From a virus: a stretch of DNA of 64,000 nt. Numbering within the stretch: position 1 is the first letter of the stretch; each line of letters begins with the position of its first letter. Of this stretch, positions 54,001 to 61,378 are shown in pieces. The notes under the pieces are model-generated. The model made no database searches. It was given only the letters and a program-made list of their open reading frames with translations, and was not told the DNA's origin. A program made the translations under genes and the position numbers. The stretch is from positions 19,296-83,295 of IMG/VR virus record IMGVR_UViG_3300045975_000444; one strand, 5' to 3'.

Positions 54001-54722
54001 TAGTCGCGCGGGTTCCAGAGGTACTCGATACGCGCCATCTCCTCGGGCGGGATCTGGACGACCTGGCCCGTCGTCGGGTCGGCGTAGGTCCACTCCGAGA
54101 CCTTCCAGAAGGCCTTGCCCGGCTGCGGCTCGACCGAGCCGACCGGGAGCGGGATGAAGGCGCGCCTGAGCGCCTTGCCGTTCCTGGCGAAGCGCGTCAA
54201 GTATTTCTCTTCGCTCTTCCAGATGTGCGCGTCGCCGATCTCCAGCATGGCCGACACGTTCACCGTGACCCAGCGCTTGAGCGACATGTACGGGTCGGCC
54301 TCGCCCATGGGCTTGGCGATCGCCTCGGCGAACTCGCCGGTGTACTCCTTGAGGGTATCCTTGTCGCGGATGATCGGCCGCGCCTTGGCGAGGTTGTCCA
54401 GGATGACGACCCGGCACCTGAGCGCCGCGGTCGACATGATGAGCTGCGGCGGGCAGCGGCCCACGCCGCCCCATCCGCTCCACCCACCCCATGGGTTCGA
54501 CCAGTCGCCCGCGTTCGTATCGTAGGGTCGCGCCGCCAAGCTGAAGCCGCCGCCGAAGCCCTGGCCGTAGCCGAAGCCGGCGGCAAGGCGCATCTCGACC
54601 AGCTCGGTCGCCTCGCGGAGCGTGAGCGCCCGGCGTTCGGCCTCGGGCGACGCCGCGGCTCGCTCGGGCTCGTGGCCGGTCAGGGCTGCCGAGAGGACGT
54701 CGGGGATCTCGCCGATGCTCAT
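51072..54722 (-). CDS. portal protein fused to MuF (gp7-like) head morphogenesis domain, intein-containing
   Basis: portal: NPRDYHRGVGPMEA, EIARAHGVP, TIEPLSERF; MuF: WLSMADERVRPSHQELHG...YPGDP....IN[intein]CRC. Confidence 0.88.
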   Translation of the reverse strand: MSIGEIPDVLSAALTGHEPERAAASPEAERRALTLREATELVEMRLAAGFGYGQGFGGGFSLAARPYDTNAGDWSNPWGGWSGWGGVGRCPPQLIMSTAALRCRVVILDNLAKARPIIRDKDTLKEYTGEFAEAIAKPMGEADPYMSLKRWVTVNVSAMLEIGDAHIWKSEEKYLTRFARNGKALRRAFIPLPVGSVEPQPGKAFWKVSEWTYADPTTGQVVQIPPEEMARIEYLWNPRDYHRGVGPMEACRLAVETDYWYALQGRNRQMKGGLPALLLMNQRAGTQDQELKAFLAEFRRQMADERGGVAGLGSDWKVERLGMTAVEADEINARRYMVEEIARAHGVPLIDLNVYESTGFGREGMAILNRMRHTATIEPLSERFADGVSQQIVAEVEPSLEFAFDWSEVKAAQDDFGEAIEYASRLFAMGVPMDECARITSLALEDYEGKDLGFLAAGLLTMEEIQLRLEQAKNPPEPPPQLAPFAGPGGPAPGGGGRPPEFDSTDDDETPEDAEPKKKGEDDRSEGVDDQGEGTRAARVRAALAGARLSAAAVLSTEQLDSLEARAHRVGVTAAAFDRLVAQSTPRETEASIAFQGRVSPYSKKIRKIYERGVNRAFKTVNDRLWKLKDKRPKIRLLAGEPEPEGKEILTDSKGRYYFGAVDPQLVDPLVENIGLDSVIDDILDEAGEAFDEGVETMHEEMRGLGWLAAGATVGAALLARAEAQREAYLSRRRALVGDALERVRRDILLVVESGLVLEGAAVGTISKELMGALRPTLTGGGEFEGRGQLWGDEEAYNAANAGRAALAQLQGPELDREIWWRWLSMADERVRPSHQELHGTAVPVGSEFGFGLTYPGDPNADPDQTINCVLPGTLVGGRFLGGLKALYAGEAIEVRTRRGDTVTVTVNHPILTARGIVKACDLREGDHVVCERGDVDGRAPLGHDQEQQRPARVEDVFDALAAAGTTRVHQPLAFDLDGDAQWVRGEIDLVIGLDAPPEGRPRFGNPKLMSERQASRREFAGERDLVRADSPARFSPIRPLASAANQPRPRELTFDSRGVLAHGPPLEGLRFRPGAAFHPRTSQDGVDHVAIHSQIARQGQHALALDEAPNDYGLDFKWDDSLTVGRAAQWNTPLPEKARYDRVRNSAFIRELLLADASLVTTDEIVQLRRFKYVGHVFDLQSEVGYFSTGRIASRNCRCWTTLLSAEEVASELAA
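51132..52118 (-). mobile_element. intein (329 aa) in the MuF N|CRC motif
   Basis: block A CVLPGTLV; block B TVTVNHPILTARGIVKACDLREGDHV; block F YVGHVFDLQS; block G FSTGRIASRN followed by Cys+1; removal restores DQTINCRCW. Confidence 0.9.
51192..52073 (+). CDS. HTH-repeat + Vsr/DUF559-like endonuclease encoded antisense inside the intein
   Basis: GGAGG at 51179-51183; two HTH units (RRYQGGVSQKQLADERGVADSVVARLL; RRFVEGQSVLALACDLGVNRDVIYTIL); HEVALASEL..RGL.F..Q...YQVDLA...VAVEIE..W...ILDAGWALL. Confidence 0.8.
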   Translation: MAHVLEPAELDDLVRRYQGGVSQKQLADERGVADSVVARLLRQRGVPLRGPADCKRVVPLEVEPIVVRRFVEGQSVLALACDLGVNRDVIYTILRRAGMKGRTRSEAETLKWRTMREDAAAVERQLARAWLVRRGRKGPNGGEAGGGIGAHEVALASELAARGLAFRHQFRIPKPRPAFGRGVKSYYQVDLASDPLRVAVEIESKWLMNPRGSGRRERVEDILDAGWALLFLVVPERRTPVNIAALADYVVAFAQVACLNDAARGQYGMIDRYGHRIAPARSHFDGLARVQGF

Positions 54723-54849
54723 AAGCGCGGCAGGGTGCGCCCGCGACCCCGTCTTACGAAGCCCGGCCGGGGCTCGTTTCTCCGCCTGGCGCGCAATTTC
54801 CGCGTGCTGCGGTGTTGCACACAAGCCGGCAATGTCTTACATAGGCTGC

Positions 54850-55182
54850 ATGAGCGAACTCAGCAAAGCCAGCCAGGGCGACTTCGACATGAACCGGGCA
54901 CTGACCGACTGGAGCGCCGCGGACCGCGAGGCGTTCAAGGAGGCCCGCCTGGCGATCCGCGAGGCGGGGAAGCTCCTCGACCGAAAGCCGCTCGACCCGG
55001 CGACCGTCGGCTCGGTCGCCCACCTCTTGGAGCAGCACGGCAGAGCGCTCCGCCAGATCGGCGAGGCCCGCCACCTCTCCGCACTCCGCGCCAAGGAGGC
55101 GGCCGAGGCCAACCCCTTCGTCGCGGTCAACCGGGTCGGCGAGGAGCTGCTCGCTCGCGCCGTGAAGCGAGCCCGCTCGTGA
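54850..55182 (+). CDS. hypothetical protein
   Basis: ATG just after a TTGCAC-N17-TACATA candidate promoter carrying TGTCTTACA. Confidence 0.6.
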   Translation: MSELSKASQGDFDMNRALTDWSAADREAFKEARLAIREAGKLLDRKPLDPATVGSVAHLLEQHGRALRQIGEARHLSALRAKEAAEANPFVAVNRVGEELLARAVKRARS

Positions 55183-55373
55183 CCCGGCGCCGCGCACCGA
55201 TCGCCGTCTACCTCCGGCCCGCCGAGATCGAGGCGCTCGTCGAGGCGGCGACGAGTGCGCTCGAAGCGTTCCCGTCGTCGCCCGAGCGCTTCGATGCGCT
55301 CGGCGATGCGCGCCGCGCACTGGAGCGCGCGCGCGAGCGCGCCGATAAGCGCGCGGAGGCGCGAAGCGCATGA
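55179..55373 (+). CDS. small hypothetical protein
   Basis: GTGA overlap; helical 64 aa. Confidence 0.55.
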   Translation: MTRRRAPIAVYLRPAEIEALVEAATSALEAFPSSPERFDALGDARRALERARERADKRAEARSA

Positions 55374-55442
55374 CCGATCCGTCACGTGGGTCTGCGCGGG
55401 CTGCCACCGTCAACTCCACCGTAAACCCTAAAATCTTCCGAC

Positions 55443-55471
55443 TGGACATTTGTCTTACATTGTGCTAGAAT
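55443..55471 (+). promoter_or_regulatory. sigma70-type promoter TGGACA-N17-TAGAAT with TGTCTTACA in the spacer; probably leaderless mRNA
   Basis: direct sequence; ATG at 55479 lies 7 nt after the -10. Confidence 0.7.
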
Positions 55472-55478
55472 GTAGTTC

Positions 55479-55760
55479 ATGGAGAATGCAAGACAGAGGC
55501 AGGGGAAGCCGTTCTTCGATCCCGCCCGCGCTCGCGCGATCGGGGCGAAGCGCTTGACCAAGGCGGCGCGCGCGTTCGCGAAAGCGCACCGCTGGCGGTT
55601 GCGGAACGGGACCATCCACACGCGCCGAGGGACGGACACCGCACTCCGCTCCTGGGCCGAGCTGGGCGATGCGCTGGTTCGATCGGGCGGGCTCGTGAAG
55701 GACCGCTCGGGATGGCGCGACCGCTACTCGGGCGAGCTGCTGGTCGGGAGGGCCGCATGA
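55479..55760 (+). CDS. hypothetical protein
   Basis: first gene after the promoter; ATGA overlap with the next gene. Confidence 0.6.
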   Translation: MENARQRQGKPFFDPARARAIGAKRLTKAARAFAKAHRWRLRNGTIHTRRGTDTALRSWAELGDALVRSGGLVKDRSGWRDRYSGELLVGRAA

Positions 55761-56341
55761 CCGCGGCCCGACGCATCGAGCTGAACCGGCGCGACCGCGC
55801 TCGGATCGAGAAGCTCCTCCGCGAGGCGAAGGCGGCCCGGACCATCGCCACCGAGCGCGAGGCCAAGGCCAAGGCGCTCAAGCTCGCCATCGCCAAGCGC
55901 GAGCGGCGTGGCATCCGGACCGCCGCCCGCGAGCGCGCGGCGAGCCTCCCGGCGCTCAGCATGACCGCGGTCGCCCGCTGGTACCGCGGCCTCTACGGCG
56001 AGCCCTGGCCCGAGGGCTGGTCCGTCCAGTGGGAGCGCTCGCTCGGGCGGCGCCGGCTCGGCGACTGCCACTGGCACTGGAAGCGCATCCGCCTCTCGGC
56101 CGCCGCGCTCGCCCGCTACCAGCCGGCCCAGGCGATCGAGACCCTCATCCACGAGATCGTCCACATGCGCAACCCCAAGCTCCGCCACGGCGCCGAGTTC
56201 CAGCGCCTCGTCCGCCAGGCCTACCTCCGGGCCGGCGGCCGGGTCGGCGACGGCGTCTGCCCGCTCACCCGCGCCGAGCGTCGCGTGTGGGGGACCGAGG
56301 TCGAGGCGCGCCTCGCCGCGCAAGAGAGGGAGGACGCATGA
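55757..56341 (+). CDS. SprT-like zinc metalloprotease
   Basis: RRLGDC....IRLS...TLIHEIVH......HGAEF (HExxH plus third His). Confidence 0.85.
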   Translation: MTAARRIELNRRDRARIEKLLREAKAARTIATEREAKAKALKLAIAKRERRGIRTAARERAASLPALSMTAVARWYRGLYGEPWPEGWSVQWERSLGRRRLGDCHWHWKRIRLSAAALARYQPAQAIETLIHEIVHMRNPKLRHGAEFQRLVRQAYLRAGGRVGDGVCPLTRAERRVWGTEVEARLAAQEREDA

Positions 56342-56517
56342 AGAAGCCCGCACCCGAGCCGGCGATCTACCGGACGCCCGACGACCGCTGGCTCGGGCGG
56401 ACCGCTTACCTCGCCTACCTGAAGGAGTGCGCCAAGCGCTGGGAAGCGCTCGGCGCCCCCGAGGAGGCCGAACGCGCGCGCCGCCAGGCCGCCGAGATCC
56501 GAGGAGAGAAAGCATGA
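56338..56517 (+). CDS. small hypothetical protein
   Basis: GGAGG RBS, ATGA overlaps on both sides. Confidence 0.6.
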   Translation: MKKPAPEPAIYRTPDDRWLGRTAYLAYLKECAKRWEALGAPEEAERARRQAAEIRGEKA

Positions 56518-56909
56518 CCAAGACCGCAGTCCCATGGACCCGCGCGGAGGACCAGTTCCTTCGCGCCCAGGTGAGAGAGGCTAGCGACGATCACCACCAG
56601 ATCCGCGACGAGCGCACCTGGACGACGATCGCCAAGCGCGTGAGCGAAAAGGCCGGGACGCCCCGGACGGTCAAGGCCGTCCGTTTCCGGGCGGTCAAGA
56701 AGCGCATGGTCAAGCCGCTTCGGCACTACCGGGGCCGCGCCGCCGCCCAGGCGGCCGTCGCCAACGGCACGGCGCCGTCGGCCAACCCAAGCGGCCTCCT
56801 CTCCGACGTGCTCCGCCGCCTCGTCGCCGAGGAGCTGATCCAGAACGCCAGCGTGAAGGCGGCCATCGAGGCCGAGGTCCGTCACCAACTGGAGGAGCTG
56901 CTCCGATGA
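56514..56909 (+). CDS. Myb/SANT-like DNA-binding protein
   Basis: PWTRAEDQFL...WTTIAKRV.....RTVKAVRFR. Confidence 0.7.
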   Translation: MTKTAVPWTRAEDQFLRAQVREASDDHHQIRDERTWTTIAKRVSEKAGTPRTVKAVRFRAVKKRMVKPLRHYRGRAAAQAAVANGTAPSANPSGLLSDVLRRLVAEELIQNASVKAAIEAEVRHQLEELLR

Positions 56910-57253
56910 AGAACACCTGGAAGAGCATGAGCAAGGCACAGAAGATCGCGCTCGCGATAGGCATCTGGATCGCGATCGGCGCGGTGTCGAAAGCCTTCGA
57001 GAAGCCCGGCCACGGATCGTCGAGCTATGCGACCGTCTCGGAGCCGCCGGCCAGGGCGATCGAGCGCGACTTGGTCGACCTCGAAGTCAACGGCCGGCGC
57101 TGCCAGGGGGGCTCGGCATACTACTGCACGCCGATGACCCGCCAGGCCGCAGCGCTCGGCTTCCGGCTCGGGTGGAATCGCAAGACCCTCGGCGAGGCCG
57201 AGTACAATCGCCTGGATGCGCGCCTCAAGGCCGCCGCCCGGATGGCGAAGTGA
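56906..57253 (+). CDS. membrane-anchored hypothetical protein
   Basis: N-terminal TM IALAIGIWIAIGAV; Cys pair. Confidence 0.6.
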   Translation: MKNTWKSMSKAQKIALAIGIWIAIGAVSKAFEKPGHGSSSYATVSEPPARAIERDLVDLEVNGRRCQGGSAYYCTPMTRQAAALGFRLGWNRKTLGEAEYNRLDARLKAAARMAK

Positions 57254-57266
57254 GAGGAGGACACCG

Positions 57267-57890
57267 ATGAACGCACCGAACCCCACGCCCGAGACCCCGC
57301 CCGCCGTCCCGAAGGAGAAGGCACTCCGGGACAAGACGCTCACCCGCGCGCACGTCACCGATTTCCAGACCGAGCTGGCGGCGAAGCTCCTCGCGCTCCT
57401 CGCCGAGGCCGGCCATGTCGTCAAGGACACCGACGACCAGCGCGGTCCCACGATCGACCGCTACTGGCTCGCAAGCCTCGTCACGATCAAGGGCTACGGC
57501 TCGGTCCCCAACCGAATCTTCCGAGATCGCAAGGACCCGTTTCTCGCTCAGAGCGTCGAGGTCCGAACCGATGACGGCACCGTCCGGCGACTGAAGGCCG
57601 ACGGCTCGATCGACCTCGCGCCGATCGTCGCCGCGATCGGCGCCGCCATCGCCCGGCGCCTGCAACGCGATGCGCGCCACGCGAGCGCCCTCGCCTTCGC
57701 CAAGGAACTCGGTCTCGCCAACGGCGACCGCTTCAACCAAACGAGCTGGGTCGGCGGCGCGCAGGTCTACTTCACCGACGCCGACAAGGCCCAGGTCACG
57801 GTCCAGCTCGACCCCGAGAAGGCCGAGGACCGCGCCAAGCTCGCACAGCTTGTCGCGCTCTTCCGGAGCTGGGACGAGGCGCCGCGGTGA
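57267..57890 (+). CDS. hypothetical protein
   Basis: GAGGAGG RBS, ATG 57267. Confidence 0.65.
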   Translation: MNAPNPTPETPPAVPKEKALRDKTLTRAHVTDFQTELAAKLLALLAEAGHVVKDTDDQRGPTIDRYWLASLVTIKGYGSVPNRIFRDRKDPFLAQSVEVRTDDGTVRRLKADGSIDLAPIVAAIGAAIARRLQRDARHASALAFAKELGLANGDRFNQTSWVGGAQVYFTDADKAQVTVQLDPEKAEDRAKLAQLVALFRSWDEAPR

Positions 57891-58195
57891 TCCGCCCGAA
57901 GCACCGCCATATCCCGCAAGGGACGACGCAGGTCCTCGATGCCCGCGACGACGACCGGCTCGATGCCAAGGCCGATCGCATGGTCGAGGGCGTGAAGGGC
58001 CTCCCCGACGACAACGACATCCACGACCTGATCGACGCGATGCAGGATCGCGACGATGCCGAGACCAAGCGTCTCCTTCCGATCCTGAAGGCGCGCTACG
58101 GTGACGCCTGGCCCGAGATCGGCCGCGCCTGCCTCGCGACCATGGGTCGCTGGCACAAGCGCCCGCGCGCGAAGCGAGCGGCGCAGCCGCGATGA
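57887..58195 (+). CDS. hypothetical protein
   Basis: GTGA and ATGA overlaps. Confidence 0.6.
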   Translation: MIRPKHRHIPQGTTQVLDARDDDRLDAKADRMVEGVKGLPDDNDIHDLIDAMQDRDDAETKRLLPILKARYGDAWPEIGRACLATMGRWHKRPRAKRAAQPR

Positions 58196-58866
58196 AGCGC
58201 ACGCTCTCCGACGCCGAGATCGGCCTCGTCGTGCGCGCAACCGCTGAGCACTACAACGCCGACCCCGCGACCACCGACTTCTTGACCGACCTCGCCGTGT
58301 CGCTCCGGGCAGCGATCGAGGAAGGGAAGCGCGCGGGCTTGAAGCCCCTGGAGTTCGCCCGCCGCGTGCTCGCGGCCGACGACGGGCTCCTGGCGCCGGT
58401 CGTCCGCTCGATCGAGGAGATGATCGGCGAGCGGGTCGGCTGCCGCGCCGGCTGCTCGGCCTGCTGCGACTACACCGTCTCGGCGCTCGGCATCGAGGCC
58501 GACCGGATCGCCGCTCGGGTCGCGCTGATGCCGAGGGAAGCGCGCGCCTGGGTCGTCGCCCGCATCCGGGAGGCGCGCGAGCGGGGCCTTACCAGCCTCT
58601 CGACCGCCGAGCGTCTCGCCCGGCGCTTCCCCTGCCCGCTCCTCTTTGACGGCAAGTGCTCGGTCTACGACGAGCGGCCGCTCTCCTGCCGGTCCTGGTT
58701 CGGGATCACCCCGGAGCGCTGCGCGTCGCTCACGACCCCGTCGCCGTTCGGGTTGACGGCGCTGATCGGCGATTGCACGGGCCTCGCCGTCGACCTGACC
58801 AGCGAGAACAACCAGGAGGCGGGCGACCTGATCGACCTCTTGGCCGAGCGCCTCGACGTGGGCTAG
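58192..58866 (+). CDS. YkgJ-family cysteine-cluster (CxxCxxCC) protein
   Basis: CRAGCSACC...CPLLFDGKCSVYDERPLSCR. Confidence 0.85.
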   Translation: MKRTLSDAEIGLVVRATAEHYNADPATTDFLTDLAVSLRAAIEEGKRAGLKPLEFARRVLAADDGLLAPVVRSIEEMIGERVGCRAGCSACCDYTVSALGIEADRIAARVALMPREARAWVVARIREARERGLTSLSTAERLARRFPCPLLFDGKCSVYDERPLSCRSWFGITPERCASLTTPSPFGLTALIGDCTGLAVDLTSENNQEAGDLIDLLAERLDVG

Positions 58867-58891
58867 ATTGTCAGACACACGGAGCGAACCT

Positions 58892-59152
58892 GTGAGCACC
58901 CCCGACGTCACACCGACCGCCGCCACCTGGCAGCCCGACCTGCTCTCCGTCCAGCTCGGCCGGATCGAGGGCTTGCTCGAATCCCACGAGAAGCGCTTCG
59001 AGGCAATCGACCGGCGCTTCGATCAGGTCGAGCGCCGCTTCGAGCAGCTCGACCGGCGCCTCGATGCCATCGAGCGCCGCGCCATGTGGGCGAGCGGAAT
59101 CACCTGGACGCTGGTCGTCGCCGCCGGGCTCTTCGCCCGCCTTGCCGGCTAG
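58892..59152 (+). CDS. heptad-repeat coiled-coil protein with C-terminal TM
   Basis: RFEAIDRRFDQVERRFEQLDRRLDAIERR followed by a hydrophobic tail. Confidence 0.7.
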   Translation: MSTPDVTPTAATWQPDLLSVQLGRIEGLLESHEKRFEAIDRRFDQVERRFEQLDRRLDAIERRAMWASGITWTLVVAAGLFARLAG

Positions 59153-59163
59153 GGGGGAGCGCC

Positions 59164-59367
59164 ATGCCCCTCATGCAAGCGAAGCTCTACCAGGCACTGC
59201 GCGCCGTCAACGCCCCCGAGGAACTAGCCGCCGGTGCGGCCGAGGAGGCCGCCGCCCCGCTCGATCGCCTCGCCAAGGTCGAGGCCGACCTCGGCGTCAT
59301 CAAGTGGATGGTCGGGACCAACGTCGCGCTGACCATCGCCGTGCTCTTCCGCCTCCTGACGATGTAG
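59164..59367 (+). CDS. small coiled-coil membrane protein (DUF1640/CCDC90-like)
   Basis: LYQALRAVNAPEELA..AAE...RLAKVEADL..IKWMVG TM. Confidence 0.65.
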   Translation: MPLMQAKLYQALRAVNAPEELAAGAAEEAAAPLDRLAKVEADLGVIKWMVGTNVALTIAVLFRLLTM

Positions 59368-59690
59368 TGGCGACCGTCGACAAGCTCGGCCCCGGCCACT
59401 GGCGCGTCCGCATCTCGATGCCCGGCGCCAAGCGCCGAGCCTGCTGCATTTGGGGTACGCGCGCCGAGGCCGAGGCCCTCGGCCGCGCGCTCGAAGACGA
59501 GCGCGACCGCGAGAGCCTCCGGCCAAGCTCGCGCGCCGTGCAGGATCTCCGCTCGATCACCGGACGGCTTCAGAAGCTGACCGAGCACCTCCGCGCGCTC
59601 GATCGCTCAGAGACCGACATGATCGCGCTCCTCCTCGAACACGAGGTCGGGCACCTGGCTCGCTTCTCGCGCCCGCGCCGCGCCCGCTAG
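59367..59690 (+). CDS. protein with integrase Arm-type DNA-binding-like N-terminus
   Basis: MATVDKLGPGHWRVRI...GTRAEAEA; no catalytic integrase domain follows. Confidence 0.45.
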   Translation: MATVDKLGPGHWRVRISMPGAKRRACCIWGTRAEAEALGRALEDERDRESLRPSSRAVQDLRSITGRLQKLTEHLRALDRSETDMIALLLEHEVGHLARFSRPRRAR

Positions 59691-60283
59691 TGCGCATCCG
59701 CGTACATCTCGAAGAGGTCGAAGCCGACTCGCTCGCGCATGCGCGCGCGTAGCTCATCCAAGACCTCGCGCGACTCGAACAGCATGACCCAGGTCGGCCC
59801 GCCCGACGGGCCGTCCTCCTCGACGATCGGGATCATGCGCGCGGTGATCTGGTCGCCGTGCCCGGTCGCGAAGAGCAGCTCGTCCCGGACCGGGTCGGGG
59901 AGGCGCGCCTTGAAGAAGCCGACCACCTCGCCCGGCTCGATCGCGACGACGGCCGTCCGCTCGCCGATCTGCTCGATCGGGAGCGCCTCGCAGGCGTCTC
60001 GCTCCGAGCGCCGCGGGCGCGCCCGCACGAGAAGGCGCGGGACCTCGGCGACCTCGACGGCGATCTGGCCGAGCATGATGCCGACCGCCTCGCCAGTCGC
60101 CAGCGCTGCGAGCGCCTCGGGGTCGAAGCCCATCTGCTCGAAGCCCAGGCCGAGCGCGTCGACCAGCTCCTGGCGCCTCGCCTCGGGCACGACCACCAGC
60201 TCGACGACGAAGCCTCGGCGCGCGGTGTCGTAGACCGCCCGCGCGATCTCGCCGAGGATCACGAGATCAGCCGGCGGAGCCAC
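59687..60283 (-). CDS. hypothetical protein
   Basis: GTG at 60283; protein-like composition. Confidence 0.55.
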   Translation of the reverse strand: MAPPADLVILGEIARAVYDTARRGFVVELVVVPEARRQELVDALGLGFEQMGFDPEALAALATGEAVGIMLGQIAVEVAEVPRLLVRARPRRSERDACEALPIEQIGERTAVVAIEPGEVVGFFKARLPDPVRDELLFATGHGDQITARMIPIVEEDGPSGGPTWVMLFESREVLDELRARMRERVGFDLFEMYADAH

Positions 60284-60789
60284 GAGCCGCCGCCCTCGGC
60301 CGCGACCTCGGGCGGGTGGATGTCCTCGGGCGAGCTTGGCGGCGGCGCCTCGGGCGCCGCCGGGCCGGCGGGCTCGTCCTCCAGCTCGACCTCGGCCAGC
60401 TCGTCCAAGCTCGGCACCGGGACCTCGGACGAGATCGGCCCGACGACGACTGCGAAGACGAGCGGGAGCGCTGGCTCCAGGGCGATCAGCGGCTCGGGCG
60501 CCGGGACGTCGGGCGGGACCGGCGGCGGGATCGTGAGCGGCCGGCCGCGGAGCGACTCCTCGGGCGGGAGCCCCTGCTTCTTCTCCTGGAACTGGATGCG
60601 CGCGCCCTTGTCGGTATCCTCGATCTGCGAGCGCGCGCCGATGAGCGTCGTGAGCTGGCGCATGAGCGTCTCGGGCGTATCCCAGAGGACGATGGGCGCC
60701 GTCTCCAGGTAGACCGTCCAGTCGTAGTCCTCGTAGATCGCCCGCTCGTCCGAACCCGCGTCCTTGTAGAGGTCGACCTTGTAGGCCAT
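60259..60789 (-). CDS. hypothetical protein with Pro/Glu-rich C-terminus
   Basis: MAYKVDLYKD...; divergent from 60817. Confidence 0.55.
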   Translation of the reverse strand: MAYKVDLYKDAGSDERAIYEDYDWTVYLETAPIVLWDTPETLMRQLTTLIGARSQIEDTDKGARIQFQEKKQGLPPEESLRGRPLTIPPPVPPDVPAPEPLIALEPALPLVFAVVVGPISSEVPVPSLDELAEVELEDEPAGPAAPEAPPPSSPEDIHPPEVAAEGGGSWLRRLIS

Positions 60790-60816
60790 GGCGATGTCTG
60801 ACATAGCATGACGAGC

Positions 60817-61098
60817 ATGGCCTATGAAGAGCACCCGGTCTCGAAAGGCCGACTTCCCTACACATGGCCGACCATCGGCGGCATGCAGAGCGAGGCCCGC
60901 CGGATGGCCGCCGAGAAGTGCTGGCCTTACCCGTGGCGCTTTCGAGTGAATAGCACGCACGTCCGCGAGCTGGCCGGCGTGCTCGACCCAGGACCGTGCT
61001 TCAACTTCGGGATCGGCCCGAACACGCTCGCGGGCATGCCGTTCGTCCTCGACGAGACGATCCGGCGGGCGCGCCTGGAGACCTACCGGGCGGGCTGA
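60817..61098 (+). CDS. hypothetical protein
   Basis: short ORF divergent across a TGTCTGACA site. Confidence 0.45.
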   Translation: MAYEEHPVSKGRLPYTWPTIGGMQSEARRMAAEKCWPYPWRFRVNSTHVRELAGVLDPGPCFNFGIGPNTLAGMPFVLDETIRRARLETYRAG

Positions 61099-61123
61099 GC
61101 GCGCGACGGGACCGGAGGGCTAC

Positions 61124-61378
61124 TCACGTCATCCGCCTGCGATCGTTCTCGGCGATCACCTCGGCGCAGCTCGGGCAGATCGGCGCCCGGCGGCCCGAGC
61201 GCAGCGCCTGGCCGGCCGACTTCGCCGGCAGGCAGATCCGCTCGCAGTAGGCACACCGGACCGTGTCGTAACGCGGCCGCTCCGGAGTGCCGGGCGCTTC
61301 CTGATAGGCGATCACCTTGCCGTCTTCCAACAGGAAGCGCCGGCCGTCGGAGGCGTCGACAATGATGCGGTCGCTCAT
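61124..61378 (-). CDS. small Zn-finger protein
   Basis: CAYC...ICPSC; ATGA overlap. Confidence 0.6.
   Translation of the reverse strand: MSDRIIVDASDGRRFLLEDGKVIAYQEAPGTPERPRYDTVRCAYCERICLPAKSAGQALRSGRRAPICPSCAEVIAENDRRRMT

Noticed and set aside
59367-59690. Integrase
   Set aside because: Only an Arm-like N-terminus is present, with no R-H-R-Y catalytic domain and no att site identified.
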